DNA from: the human T2T-CHM13v2.0 reference genome, Homo sapiens
NCBI RefSeq assembly: GCF_009914755.1
Contig: NC_060939.1
DNA: 64,000 nt
Reading direction: 5' to 3' (one strand)
Shown: positions 1 through 12,300 of the stretch, piece after piece
Position numbering within the stretch: the stretch's first letter is position 1
Layout: the number at the start of each line of letters is the position of its first letter
Translations under genes and position numbers: made by a program
Notes under the pieces: generated by a model
Told to the model about the DNA's origin: nothing
Databases searched by the model: none
Seen by the model: the letters and a program-made list of their open reading frames with translations, nothing else

Positions 1-50
1 CTCTATACTCCAGCCTAGCGACAGAGTGAGATCCTATCTCCAAAAAAAAT
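1..50 (+). mobile_element. Alu 3' end and A-tail (truncated by window edge)
   Basis: ctccagcctagcgacagagtgagatcctatctc followed by an A run matches the end of the Alu right arm. Confidence 0.85.
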
Positions 51-338
51 TTGAAAAACCTGAGTAGACAGGTGTCCTGGTAGCATGATAGGTCCAGGGT
101 CCCCTCCCAGATCTGTGACTTGCACAGGCGACCTTTCCTCTGGACCTCAGCGTCCCTATCTGAGTGAGAAAAGGGCAATGGGGAGGCAGATCTTTGAGTT
201 TAAGCTGTGTAGAAGCCACATCTGAAAAGCCATACTCAGGGCTTCAACTCCAGCACACAGTCCCAGCAGGCGCCAGCGGGAGGCCAGGGCAGCACGGGCA
301 TCAGGACCCAAACTCCTTCCTTCTTTGCCCACTCTCAG

Positions 339-3300
339 ACCAAGGAGTTCATCTTCTCAGAGCTGCTGTCCAACCTGTACTCGCGTGGGAACAAGGAGAC
401 ACTCCTGGAGGAGTCGGCAGAGCAGGCACAGCGGCGCGACGAGATGCTGCTTGAGCTGCTGTCCAACCTGCACTCGCGTGGGAACGAGAAGACACTCGTG
501 GAGGCGTCGGCAGAGCAGGCAGACCAAGGAGTTCATCTTCTCAGAGCTGCTGTCCAAACTGCACTTGCGTGGGAACGAGAAGACACTCATGGAGGAGTCG
601 GCAGAGCAGGCACAGCGGTGCGACGAGATGCTGCTTCTCAGAGCTGCTGTCCAACCTGCACTCGCGTGGGAACAAGAAGACACTCGTGGAGGCGTCGGCA
701 GAGCAGGCAGACCAAGGAGTTCATCTTCTCAGAGCTGCTGTCCAACCTGTACTCGCGTGGGAACGAGAAGACACTCGTGGAGGCGTCGGCAGAGCAGGCA
801 GACCAAGGAGTTCATCTTCTCAGAGCTGCTGTCCAACCTGCACTCGCGTGGGAACGAGAAGACACTCATGTAGGAGTCGGCAGACCAGGCACAGCGGCGT
901 GACGAGACTCGCGTGGGAAGAAGAAGACACTCCTGGAGGAGTCGGCAGAGCAGGCAGACCAAGGAGTTCATCTTCTCGGAGCTGCTGTCCAACCTGTACT
1001 CGCGTCGGAACCTGCAGACACTTGTGGAGGAGTCGGCAGAGCAGGCACAGCGGTGCGACGAGATGCTGCTTCTCAGAGCTGCTGTCCAACCTGCACTCGC
1101 GTGGGAACGAGAAGACACTCGTGGAGGCGTTGGCAGAGCAGGCAGACCAAGGAGTTCATCTTCTCAGAGCTGCTGTCCAACCTGTACTCGCGTGGGAACG
1201 AGAAGACACTCGTGGAGGCGTCGGCAGAGCAGGCAGACCAAGGAGTTCATCTTCTCAGAGCTGCTGTCCAACCTGCACTCGCGTGGGAACGAGAAGACAC
1301 TCATGGAGGAGTCGGCCGAGCAGGCACAGCGGCGTGACGAGACTCGCGTGGGAAGAAGAAGACACTCCTGGAGGAGTCGGCAGAGCAGGCAGACCAAGGA
1401 GTTCATCTTCTCGGAGCTGCTGTCCAACCTGTACTCGCGTCGGAACCTGCAGACACTTGTGGAGGAGTCGGCAGAGCAGGCACAGCGGTGCGACGAGATG
1501 CTGCTTCTCAGAGCTGCTGTCCAACCTGCACTGGCGTGGGAACGAGAAGACACTCGTGGAGGCGTCGGCAGAGCAGGCAGACCAAGGAGTTCATCTTCTC
1601 AGAGCTGCTGTCCAACCTGTACTCGCGTGGGAACGAGAAGACACTCGTGGAGGCGTCGGCAGAGCAGGCAGACCAAGGAGTTCATCTTCTCAGAGCTGCT
1701 GTCCAACCTGCACTCGCGTGGGAACGAGAAGACACTCGTGGAGGCGTCGGCAGAGCAGGCAGACCAAGGAGTTCATCTTCTCAGAGCTTCTGTCCAACCT
1801 GTACTCGCGTGGGAACGAGAAGACACTCGTGGAGGCGTCGGCAGAGCAGGCAGACCAAGGAGTTCATCTTCTCAGAGCTGCTGTCCAACCTGTACTCGCG
1901 TGGGAACGAGAAGACACTCGTGGAGGCGTCGGCAGAGCAGGCAGACCAAGGAGTTCATCTTCTCAGAGCTGCTGTCCAACCTGCACTCGCGTGGGAACGA
2001 GAAGACACTCGTGGAGGCGTCGGCAGAGCAGGCAGACCAAGGAGTTCATCTTCTCAGAGCTGCTGTCCAAACTGCACTCGCGTAGGAACGAGAAGACACT
2101 CATGGAGGAGTCGGCAGAGCAGGCACAGAGGTGTGACGAGACTCGCGTGGGAAGAAGAAGACACTCCTGGAGGAGTCGGCAGAGCAGGCAGACCAAGGAG
2201 TTCATCTTCTCGGAGCTGCTGTCCAACCTGTACTCGCGTCGGAACCTGCAGACACTCGTGGAGGCGTCGGCAGAGCAGGCAGACCAAGGAGTTCATCTTC
2301 TCAGAGCTTCTGTCCAACCTGTACTCGCGTGGGAACGAGAAGACACTCGTGGAGGCGTCGGCAGAGCAGGCAGACCAAGGAGTTCATCTTCTCAGAGCTG
2401 CTGTCCAACCTGTACTCGCGTGGGAACGAGAAGACACTCGTGGAGGCGTCGGCAGAGCAGGCAGACCAAGGAGTTCATCTTCTCAGAGCTGCTGTCCAAC
2501 CTGCACTCGCGTGGGAACGAGAAGACACTCATGGAGGAGTCGGCCGAGCAGGCACAGCGGCGTGACGAGACTCGCGTGGGAAGAAGAAGACACTCCTGGA
2601 GGAGTCGGCAGAGCAGGCAGACCAAGGAGTTCATCTTCTCGGAGCTGCTGTCCAACCTGTACTCGCGTCGGAACCTGCAGACACTTGTGGAGGAGTCGGC
2701 AGAGCAGGCACAGCGGTGCGACGAGATGCTGCTTCTCAGAGCTGCTGTCCAACCTGCACTGGCGTGGGAACGAGAAGACACTCGTGGAGGCGTCGGCAGA
2801 GCAGGCAGACCAAGGAGTTCATCTTCTCAGAGCTGCTGTCCAACCTGTACTCGCGTGGGAACGAGCAGACACTCGTGGAGGCGTTGGCAGAGCAGGCAGA
2901 CCAAGGAGTTCATCTTCTCAGAGCTGCTGTCCAACCTGCACTCGCGTGGGAACGAGAAGACACTCATGGAGGCGTCGGCAGAGCAGGCAGACCAAGGAGT
3001 TCATCTTCTCAGAGCTGCTGTCCAAACTGCACTCGCGTGGGAACGAGAAGACACTCATGGAGGAGTCGGCAGAGCAGGCACAGAGGTGTGACGAGACTCG
3101 CGTGGGAAGAAGAAGACACTCCTGGAGGAGTCGGCAGAGCAGGCAGACCAAGGAGTTCATCTTCTCGGAGCTGCTGTCCAACCTGTACTCGCGTCGGAAC
3201 CTGCAGACACTCGTGGAGGCGTCGGCAGAGCAGGCAGACCAAGGAGTTCATCTTCTCAGAGCTGCTGTCCAACCTGTACTCGCGTGGGAACGAGAAGACA

Positions 3301-6300
3301 CTCGTGGAGGCGTCGGCAGAGCAGGCAGACCAAGGAGTTCATCTTCTCAGAGCTGCTGTCCAACCTGTACTCGCGTGGGAACGAGAAGACACTCGTGGAG
3401 GCGTCGGCAGAGCAGGCAGACCAAGGAGTTCATCTTCTCAGAGCTGCTGTCCAACCTGCACTCGCGTGGGAACGAGAAGACACTCATGGAGGAGTCGGCC
3501 GAGCAGGCACAGCGGCGTGACGAGACTCGCGTGGGAAGAAGAAGACACTCCTGGAGGAGTCGGCAGAGCAGGCAGACCAAGGAGTTCATCTTCTCGGAGC
3601 TGCTGTCCAACCTGTACTCGCGTCGGAACCTGCAGACACTTGTGGAGGAGTCGGCAGAGCAGGCACAGCGGTGCGACAAGATGCTGCTTCTCAGAGCTGC
3701 TGTCCAACCTGCACTCGCGTGGGAACGAGAAGACACTCGTGGAGGCGTCGGCAGAGCAGGCAGACCAAGGAGTTCATCTTCTCAGAGCTGCTGTCCAACC
3801 TGTCCTCGCGTGGGAACGAGAAGACACTCGTGGAGGCGTCGGCAGAGCAGGCAGACCAAGGAGTTCATCTTCTCAGAGCTGCTGTCCAACCTGCACTCGC
3901 GTGGGAACGAGAAGACACTCATGGAGGAGTCGGCCGAGCAGGCACAGCGGCGTGACGAGACTCGCGTGGGAAGAAGAAGACACTCCTGGAGGAGTCGGCA
4001 GAGCAGGCAGACCAAGGAGTTCATCTTCTCGGAGCTGCTGTCCAACCTGTACTCGCGTCGGAACCTGCAGACACTTGTGGAGGAGTCGGCAGAGCAGGCA
4101 CAGCGGTGCGACAAGATGCTGCTTCTCAGAGCTGCTGTCCAACCTGCACTGGCGTGGGAACGAGAAGACACTCGTGGAGGCGTCGGCAGAGCAGGCAGAC
4201 CAAGGAGTTCATCTTCTCAGAGCTGCCGTCCAACCTGTCCTCGCGTGGGAACGAGAAGACACTCGTGGAGGCGTCGGCAGAGCAGGCAGACCAAGGAGTT
4301 CATCTTCTCAGAGCTGCTGTCCAACCTGCACTCGCGTGGGAACGAGAAGACACTCGTGGAGGCGTCGGCAGAGCAGGCAGACCAAGGAGTTCATCTTCTC
4401 AGAGCTGCTGTCCAAACTGCACTCGCGTGGGAACGAGAAGACACTCATGGAGGAGTCGGCAGAGCAGGCACAGCGGTGTGACGAGACTCGCGTGGGAAGA
4501 AGAAGACACTCCTGGAGGAGTCGGCAGAGCAGGCAGACCAAGGAGTTCATCTTCTCGGAGCTGCTGTCCAACCTGTACTCGCGTCGGAACCTGCAGACAC
4601 TCGTGGAGGCGTCGGCAGAGCAGGCAGACCAAGGAGTTCATCTTCTCAGAGCTGCTGTCCAACCTGTACTCGCGTGGGAAAGAGAAGACACTCGTGGAGG
4701 CGTCGGCAGAGCAGGCAGACCAAGGAGTTCATCTTCTCAGAGCTGCTGTCCAACCTGTCCTCGCGTGGGAACGAGAAGACACTCGTGGAGGCGTCGGCAG
4801 AGCAGGCAGACCAAGGAGTTCATCTTCTCAGAGCTGCTGTCCAACCTGCACTCGCGTGGGAACGAGAAGACACTCATGGAGGAGTCGGCCGAGCAGGCAC
4901 AGCGGCGTGACGAGACTCGCGTGGGAAGAAGAAGACACTCCTGGAGGAGTCGGCAGAGCAGGCAGACCAAGGAGTTCATCTTCTCGGAGCTGCTGTCCAA
5001 CCTGTACTCGCGTCGGAACCTGCAGACACTTGTGGAGGAGTCGGCAGAGCAGGCACAGCGGTGCGACGAGATGCTGCTTCTCAGAGCTGCTGTCCAACCT
5101 GCACTGGCGTGGGAACGAGAAGACACTCGTGGAGGCGTCGGCAGAGCAGGCAGACCAAGGAGTTCATCTTCTCAGAGCTGCTGTCCAACCTGTACTCGCG
5201 TGGGAACGAGCAGACACTCGTGGAGGCGTTGGCAGAGCAGGCAGACCAAGGAGTTCATCTTCTCAGAGCTGCTGTCCAACCTGCACTCGCGTGGGAACGA
5301 GAAGACACTCGTGGAGGCGTCGGCAGAGCAGGCAGACCAAGGAGTTCATCTTCTCAGAGCTGCTGTCCAAACTGCACTCGCGTGGGAACGAGAAGACACT
5401 CATGGAGGAGTCGGCAGAGCAGGCACAGAGGTGTGACGAGACTCGCGTGGGAAGAAGAAGACACTCCTGGAGGAGTCGGCAGAGCAGGCAGACCAAGGAG
5501 TTCATCTTCTCGGAGCTGCTGTCCAACCTGTACTCGCGTCGGAACCTGCAGACACTCGTGGAGGCGTCGGCAGAGCAGGCAGACCAAGGAGTTCATCTCA
5601 GAGCTGCTGTCCAACCTGTACTCGCGTGGGAACGAGAAGACACTCGTGGAGGCGTCGGCAGAGCAGGCAGACCAAGGAGTTCATCTTCTCAGAGCTGCTG
5701 TCCAACCTGTACTCGCGTGGGAACGAGAAGACACTCGTGGAGGCGTCGGCAGAGCAGGCAGACCAAGGAGTTCATCTTCTCAGAGCTGCTGTCCAACCTG
5801 CACTCGCGTGGGAACGAGAAGACACTCATGGAGGAGTCGGCCGAGCAGGCACAGCGGCGTGACGAGACTCGCGTGGGAAGAAGAAGACACTCCTGGAGGA
5901 GTCGGCAGAGCAGGCAGACCAAGGAGTTCATCTTCTCGGAGCTGCTGTCCAACCTGTACTCGCGTCGGAACCTGCAGACACTTGTGGAGGAGTCGGCAGA
6001 GCAGGCACAGCGGTGCGACAAGATGCTGCTTCTCAGAGCTGCTGTCCAACCTGCACTGGCGTGGGAACGAGAAGACACTCGTGGAGGCGTCGGCAGAGCA
6101 GGCAGACCAAGGAGTTCATCTTCTCAGAGCTGCCGTCCAACCTGTCCTCGCGTGGGAACGAGAAGACACTCGTGGAGGCGTCGGCAGAGCAGGCAGACCA
6201 AGGAGTTCATCTTCTCAGAGCTGCTGTCCAACCTGCACTCGCGTGGGAACGAGAAGACACTCGTGGAGGCGTCGGCAGAGCAGGCAGACCAAGGAGTTCA

Positions 6301-9300
6301 TCTTCTCAGAGCTGCTGTCCAAACTGCACTCGCGTGGGAACGAGAAGACACTCATGGAGGAGTCGGCAGAGCAGGCACAGCGGTGTGACGAGACTCGCGT
6401 GGGAAGAAGAAGACACTCCTGGAGGAGTCGGCAGAGCAGGCAGACCAAGGAGTTCATCTTCTCGGAGCTGCTGTCCAACCTGTACTCGCGTCGGAACCTG
6501 CAGACACTTGTGGAGGAGTCGGCAGAGCAGGCACAGCGGTGCGACGAGATGCTGCTTCTCAGAGCTGCTGTCCAACCTGCACTCGCTTGGGAACAAGAAG
6601 ACACTCGTGGAGGCGTCGGCAGAGCAGGCAGACCAAGGAGTTCATCTTCTCAGAGCTGCTGTCCAACCTGTACTCGCGTGGGAACGAGAAGACACTCGTG
6701 GAGGCGTCGGCAGAGCAGGCAGACCAAGGAGTTCATCTTCTCAGAGCTGCTGTCCAACCTGTACTCGCGTGGGAACGAGCAGACACTCGTGGAGGCGTTG
6801 GCAGAGCAGGCAGACCAAGGAGTTCATCTTCTCAGAGCTGCTGTCCAACCTGCACTCGCGTGGGAACGAGAAGACACTCGTGGAGGCGTCGGCAGAGCAG
6901 GCAGACCAAGGAGTTCATCTTCTCAGAGCTGCTGTCCAAACTGCACTCGCGTGGGAACGAGAAGACACTCATGGAGGAGTCGGCAGAGCAGGCACAGAGG
7001 TGTGACGAGACTCGCGTGGGAAGAAGAAGACACTCCTGGAGGAGTCGGCAGAGCAGGCAGACCAAGAAGTTCATCTTCTCGGAGCTGCTGTCCAACCTGT
7101 ACTCGCGTCGGAACCTGCAGACACTCGTGGAGGCGTCGGCAGAGCAGGCAGACCAAGGAGTTCATCTTCTCAGAGCTGCTGTCCAACCTGTACTCGCGTG
7201 GGAACGAGAAGACACTCGTGGAGGCGTCGGCAGAGCAGGCAGACCAAGGAGTTCATCTTCTCAGAGCTGCTGTCCAACCTGTACTCGCGTGGGAACGAGA
7301 AGACACTCGTGGAGGCGTCGGCAGAGCAGGCAGACCAAGGAGTTCATCTTCTCAGAGCTGCTGTCCAACCTGCACTCGCGTGGGAACGAGAAGACACTCA
7401 TGGAGGAGTCGGCCGAGCAGGCACAGCGGCGTGACGAGACTCGCGTGGGAAGAAGAAGACACTCCTGGAGGAGTCGGCAGAGCAGGCAGACCAAGGAGTT
7501 CATCTTCTCGGAGCTGCTGTCCAACCTGTACTCGCGTCGGAACCTGCAGACACTTGTGGAGGAGTCGGCAGAGCAGGCACAGCGGTGCGACAAGATGCTG
7601 CTTCTCAGAGCTGCTGTCCAACCTGCACTCGCGTGGGAACGAGAAGACACTCGTGGAGGCGTCGGCAGAGCAGGCAGACCAAGGAGTTCATCTTCTCAGA
7701 GCTGCTGTCCAACCTGTCCTCGCGTGGGAACGAGAAGACACTCGTGGAGGCGTCGGCAGAGCAGGCAGACCAAGGAGTTCATCTTCTCAGAGCTGCTGTC
7801 CAACCTGCACTCGCGTGGGAACGAGAAGACACTCGTGGAGGCGTCGGCAGAGCAGGCTGACCAAGGAGTTCATCTTCTCAGAGCTGCTGTCCAAACTGCA
7901 CTCGCGTGGGAACGAGAAGACACTCATGGAGGAGTCGGCAGAGCAGGCACAGAGGTGTGACGAGACTCGCGTGGGAAGAAGAAGACACTCCTGGAGGAGT
8001 CGGCAGAGCAGGCAGACCAAGGAGTTCATCTTCTCGGAGCTGCTGTCCAACCTGTACTCGCGTCGGAACCTGCAGACACTTGTGGAGGAGTCGGCAGAGC
8101 AGGCACAGCGGTGCGACGAGATGCTGCTTCTCAGAGCTGCTGTCCAACCTGCACTCGCTTGGGAACAAGAAGACACTCGTGGAGGCGTCGGCAGAGCAGG
8201 CAGACCAAGGAGTTCATCTTCTCAGAGCTGCTGTCCAACCTGTACTCACGTGGGAACGAGCAGACACTCGTGGAGGCGTCGGCAGAGCAGGCAGACCAAG
8301 GAGTTCATCTTCTCAGAGCTGCTGTCCAACCTGTACTCACGTGGGAACGAGCAGACACTCGTGGAGGCGTCGGCAGAGCAGGCAGACCAAGGAGTTCATC
8401 TTCTCAGAGCTGCTGTCCAACCTGCACTCGCGTGGGAATGAGAAGACACTCGTGAAGGCGTCGGCAGAGAAGGCAGACCAAGGAGTTCATCTTCTCAGAG
8501 CTGCTGTCCAACCTGCACTCGCGTGGGAACGAGAAGACACTCGTGGAGGCGTCGGCAGAGCAGGCAGACCAAGGAGTTCATCTTCTCAGAGCTGCTGTCC
8601 AAACTGCACTCGCGTGGGAACGAGAAGACACTCATGGAGGAGTCGGCAGAGCAGGCACAGAGGTGTGACGAGACTCGCGTGGGAAGAAGAAGACACTCCT
8701 GGAGGAGTCGGCAGAGCAGGCAGACCAAGGAGTTCATCTTCTCGGAGCTGCTGTCCAACCTGTACTCGCGTCGGAACCTGCAGACACTTGTGGAGGAGTC
8801 GGCAGAGCAGGCACAGCGGTGCGACGAGATGCTGCTTCTCAGAGCTGCTGTCCAACCTGCACTGGCGTGGCAACGAGAAGACACTCGTGGAGGCGTCGGC
8901 AGAGCAGGCAGACCAAGGAGTTCATCTTCTCAGAGCTGCTGTCCAACCTGTACTCGCGTGGGAACGAGCAGACACTCGTGGAGGCGTTGGCAGAGCAGGC
9001 AGACCAAGGAGTTCATCTTCTCAGAGCTGCTGTCCAACCTGCACTCGCGTGGGAACGAGAAGACACTCGTGGAGGCGTCGGCAGAGCAGGCAGACCAAGG
9101 AGTTCATCTTCTCAGAGCTGCTGTCCAAACTGCACTCGCGTGGGAACGAGAAGACACTCATGGAGGAGTCGGCAGAGCAGGCACAGAGGTGTGACGAGAC
9201 TCGCGTGGGAAGAAGAAGACACTCCTGGAGGAGTCGGCAGAGCAGGCAGACCAAGGAGTTCATCTTCTCGGAGCTGCTGTCCAACCTGTACTCGCGTCGG

Positions 9301-12300
9301 AACCTGCAGACACTCGTGGAGGCGTCGGCAGAGCAGGCAGACCAAGGAGTTCATCTTCTCAGAGCTTCTGTCCAACCTGTACTCGCGTGGGAACGAGAAG
9401 ACACTCGTGGAGGCGTCGGCAGAGCAGGCAGACCAAGGAGTTCATCTTCTCAGAGCTGCTGTCCAACCTGTACTCGCGTGGGAACGAGAAGACACTCGTG
9501 GAGGCGTCGGCAGAGCAGGCAGACCAAGGAGTTCATCTTCTCAGAGCTGCTGTCCAACCTGCACTCGCGTGGGAACGAGAAGACACTCATGGAGGAGTCG
9601 GCCGAGCAGGCACAGCGGCGTGACGAGACTCGCGTGGGAAGAAGAAGACACTCCTGGAGGAGTCGGCAGAGCAGGCAGACCAAGGAGTTCATCTTCTCGG
9701 AGCTGCTGTCCAACCTGTACTCGCGTGGGAACCTGCAGACACTTGTGGAGGAGTCGGCAGAGCAGGCACAGCGGTGCGACGAGATGCTGCTTCTCAGAGC
9801 TGCTGTCCAACCTGCACTGGCGTGGGAACGAGAAGACACTCGTGGAGGCGTTGGCAGAGCAGGCAGACCAAGGAGTTCATCTTCTCAGAGCTGCTGTCCA
9901 ACCTGTACTCGCGTGGGAACGAGCAGACACTCGTGGAGGCGTTGGCAGAGCAGGCAGACCAAGGAGTTCATCTTCTCAGAGCTGCTGTCCAACCTGCACT
10001 CGCGTGGGAACGAGAAGACACTCGTGGAGGCGTCGGCAGAGCAGGCAGACCAAGGAGTTCATCTTCTCAGAGCTGCTGTCCAAACTGCACTCGCGTGGGA
10101 ACGAGAAGACACTCATGGAGGAGTCGGCAGAGCAGGCACAGAGGTGTGACGAGACTCGCGTGGGAAGAAGAAGACACTCCTGGAGGAGTCGGCAGAGCAG
10201 GCAGACCAAGAAGTTCATCTTCTCGGAGCTGCTGTCCAACCTGTACTCGCGTCGGAACCTGCAGACACTCGTGGAGGCGTCGGCAGAGCAGGCAGACCAA
10301 GGAGTTCATCTTCTCAGAGCTGCTGTCCAACCTGTACTCGCGTGGGAACGAGAAGACACTCGTGGAGGCGTCGGCAGAGCAGGCAGACCAAGGAGTTCAT
10401 CTTCTCAGAGCTGCTGTCCAACCTGTACTCGCGTGGGAACGAGAAGACACTCGTGGAGGCGTCGGCAGAGCAGGCCGACCAAGGAGTTCATCTTCTCAGA
10501 GCTGCTGTCCAACCTGCACTCGCGTGGGAACGAGAAGACACTCATGGAGGAGTCGGCCGAGCAGGCACAGCGGCGTGACGAGACTCGCGTGGGAAGAAGA
10601 AGACACTCCTGGAGGAGTCGGCAGAGCAGGCAGACCAAGGAGTTCATCTTCTCGGAGCTGCTGTCCAACCTGTACTCGCGTCGGAACCTGCAGACACTTG
10701 TGGAGGAGTCGGCAGAGCAGGCACAGCGGTGCGACAAGATGCTGCTTCTCAGAGCTGCTGTCCAACCTGCACTCGCGTGGGAACGAGAAGACACTCGTGG
10801 AGGCGTCGGCAGAGCAGGCAGACCAAGGAGTTCATCTTCTCAGAGCTGCTGTCCAACCTGTCCTCGCGTGGGAACGAGAAGACACTCGTGGAGGCGTCGG
10901 CAGAGCAGGCAGACCAAGGAGTTCATCTTCTCAGAGCTGCTGTCCAACCTGCACTCGCGTGGGAACGAGAAGACACTCGTGGAGGCGTCGGCAGAGCAGG
11001 CTGACCAAGGAGTTCATCTTCTCAGAGCTGCTGTCCAAACTGCACTCGCGTGGGAACGAGAAGACACTCATGGAGGAGTCGGCAGAGCAGGCACAGAGGT
11101 GTGACGAGACTCGCGTGGGAAGAAGAAGACACTCCTGGAGGAGTCGGCAGAGCAGGCAGACCAAGGAGTTCATCTTCTCGGAGCTGCTGTCCAACCTGTA
11201 CTCGCGTCGGAACCTGCAGACACTTGTGGAGGAGTCGGCAGAGCAGGCACAGCGGTGCGACGAGATGCTGCTTCTCAGAGCTGCTGTCCAACCTGCACTC
11301 GCTTGGGAACAAGAAGACACTCGTGGAGGCGTCGGCAGAGCAGGCAGACCAAGGAGTTCATCTTCTCAGAGCTGCTGTCCAACCTGTACTCACGTGGGAA
11401 CGAGCAGACACTCGTGGAGGCGTCGGCAGAGCAGGCAGACCAAGGAGTTCATCTTCTCAGAGCTGCTGTCCAACCTGTACTCACGTGGGAACGAGCAGAC
11501 ACTCGTGGAGGCGTCGGCAGAGCAGGCAGACCAAGGAGTTCATCTTCTCAGAGCTGCTGTCCAACCTGCACTCGCGTGGGAATGAGAAGACACTCGTGAA
11601 GGCGTCGGCAGAGAAGGCAGACCAAGGAGTTCATCTTCTCAGAGCTGCTGTCCAACCTGCACTCGCGTGGGAACGAGAAGACACTCGTGGAGGCGTCGGC
11701 AGAGCAGGCAGACCAAGGAGTTCATCTTCTCAGAGCTGCTGTCCAAACTGCACTCGCGTGGGAACGAGAAGACACTCATGGAGGAGTCGGCAGAGCAGGC
11801 ACAGAGGTGTGACGAGACTCGCGTGGGAAGAAGAAGACACTCATGGAGGAGTCGGCAGAGCAGGCAGACCAAGGAGTTCATCTTCTCGGAGCTGCTGTCC
11901 AACCTGTACTCGCGTCGGAACCTGCAGACACTTGTGGAGGAGTCGGCAGAGCAGGCACAGCGGTGCGACGAGATGCTGCTTCTCAGAGCTGCTGTCCAAC
12001 CTGCACTGGCGTGGCAACGAGAAGACACTCGTGGAGGCGTCGGCAGAGCAGGCAGACCAAGGAGTTCATCTTCTCAGAGCTGCTGTCCAACCTGTACTCG
12101 CGTGGGAACGAGCAGACACTCGTGGAGGCGTTGGCAGAGCAGGCAGACCAAGGAGTTCATCTTCTCAGAGCTGCTGTCCAACCTGCACTCGCGTGGGAAC
12201 GAGAAGACACTCGTGGAGGCGTCGGCAGAGCAGGCAGACCAAGGAGTTCATCTTCTCAGAGCTGCTGTCCAAACTGCACTCGCGTGGGAACGAGAAGACA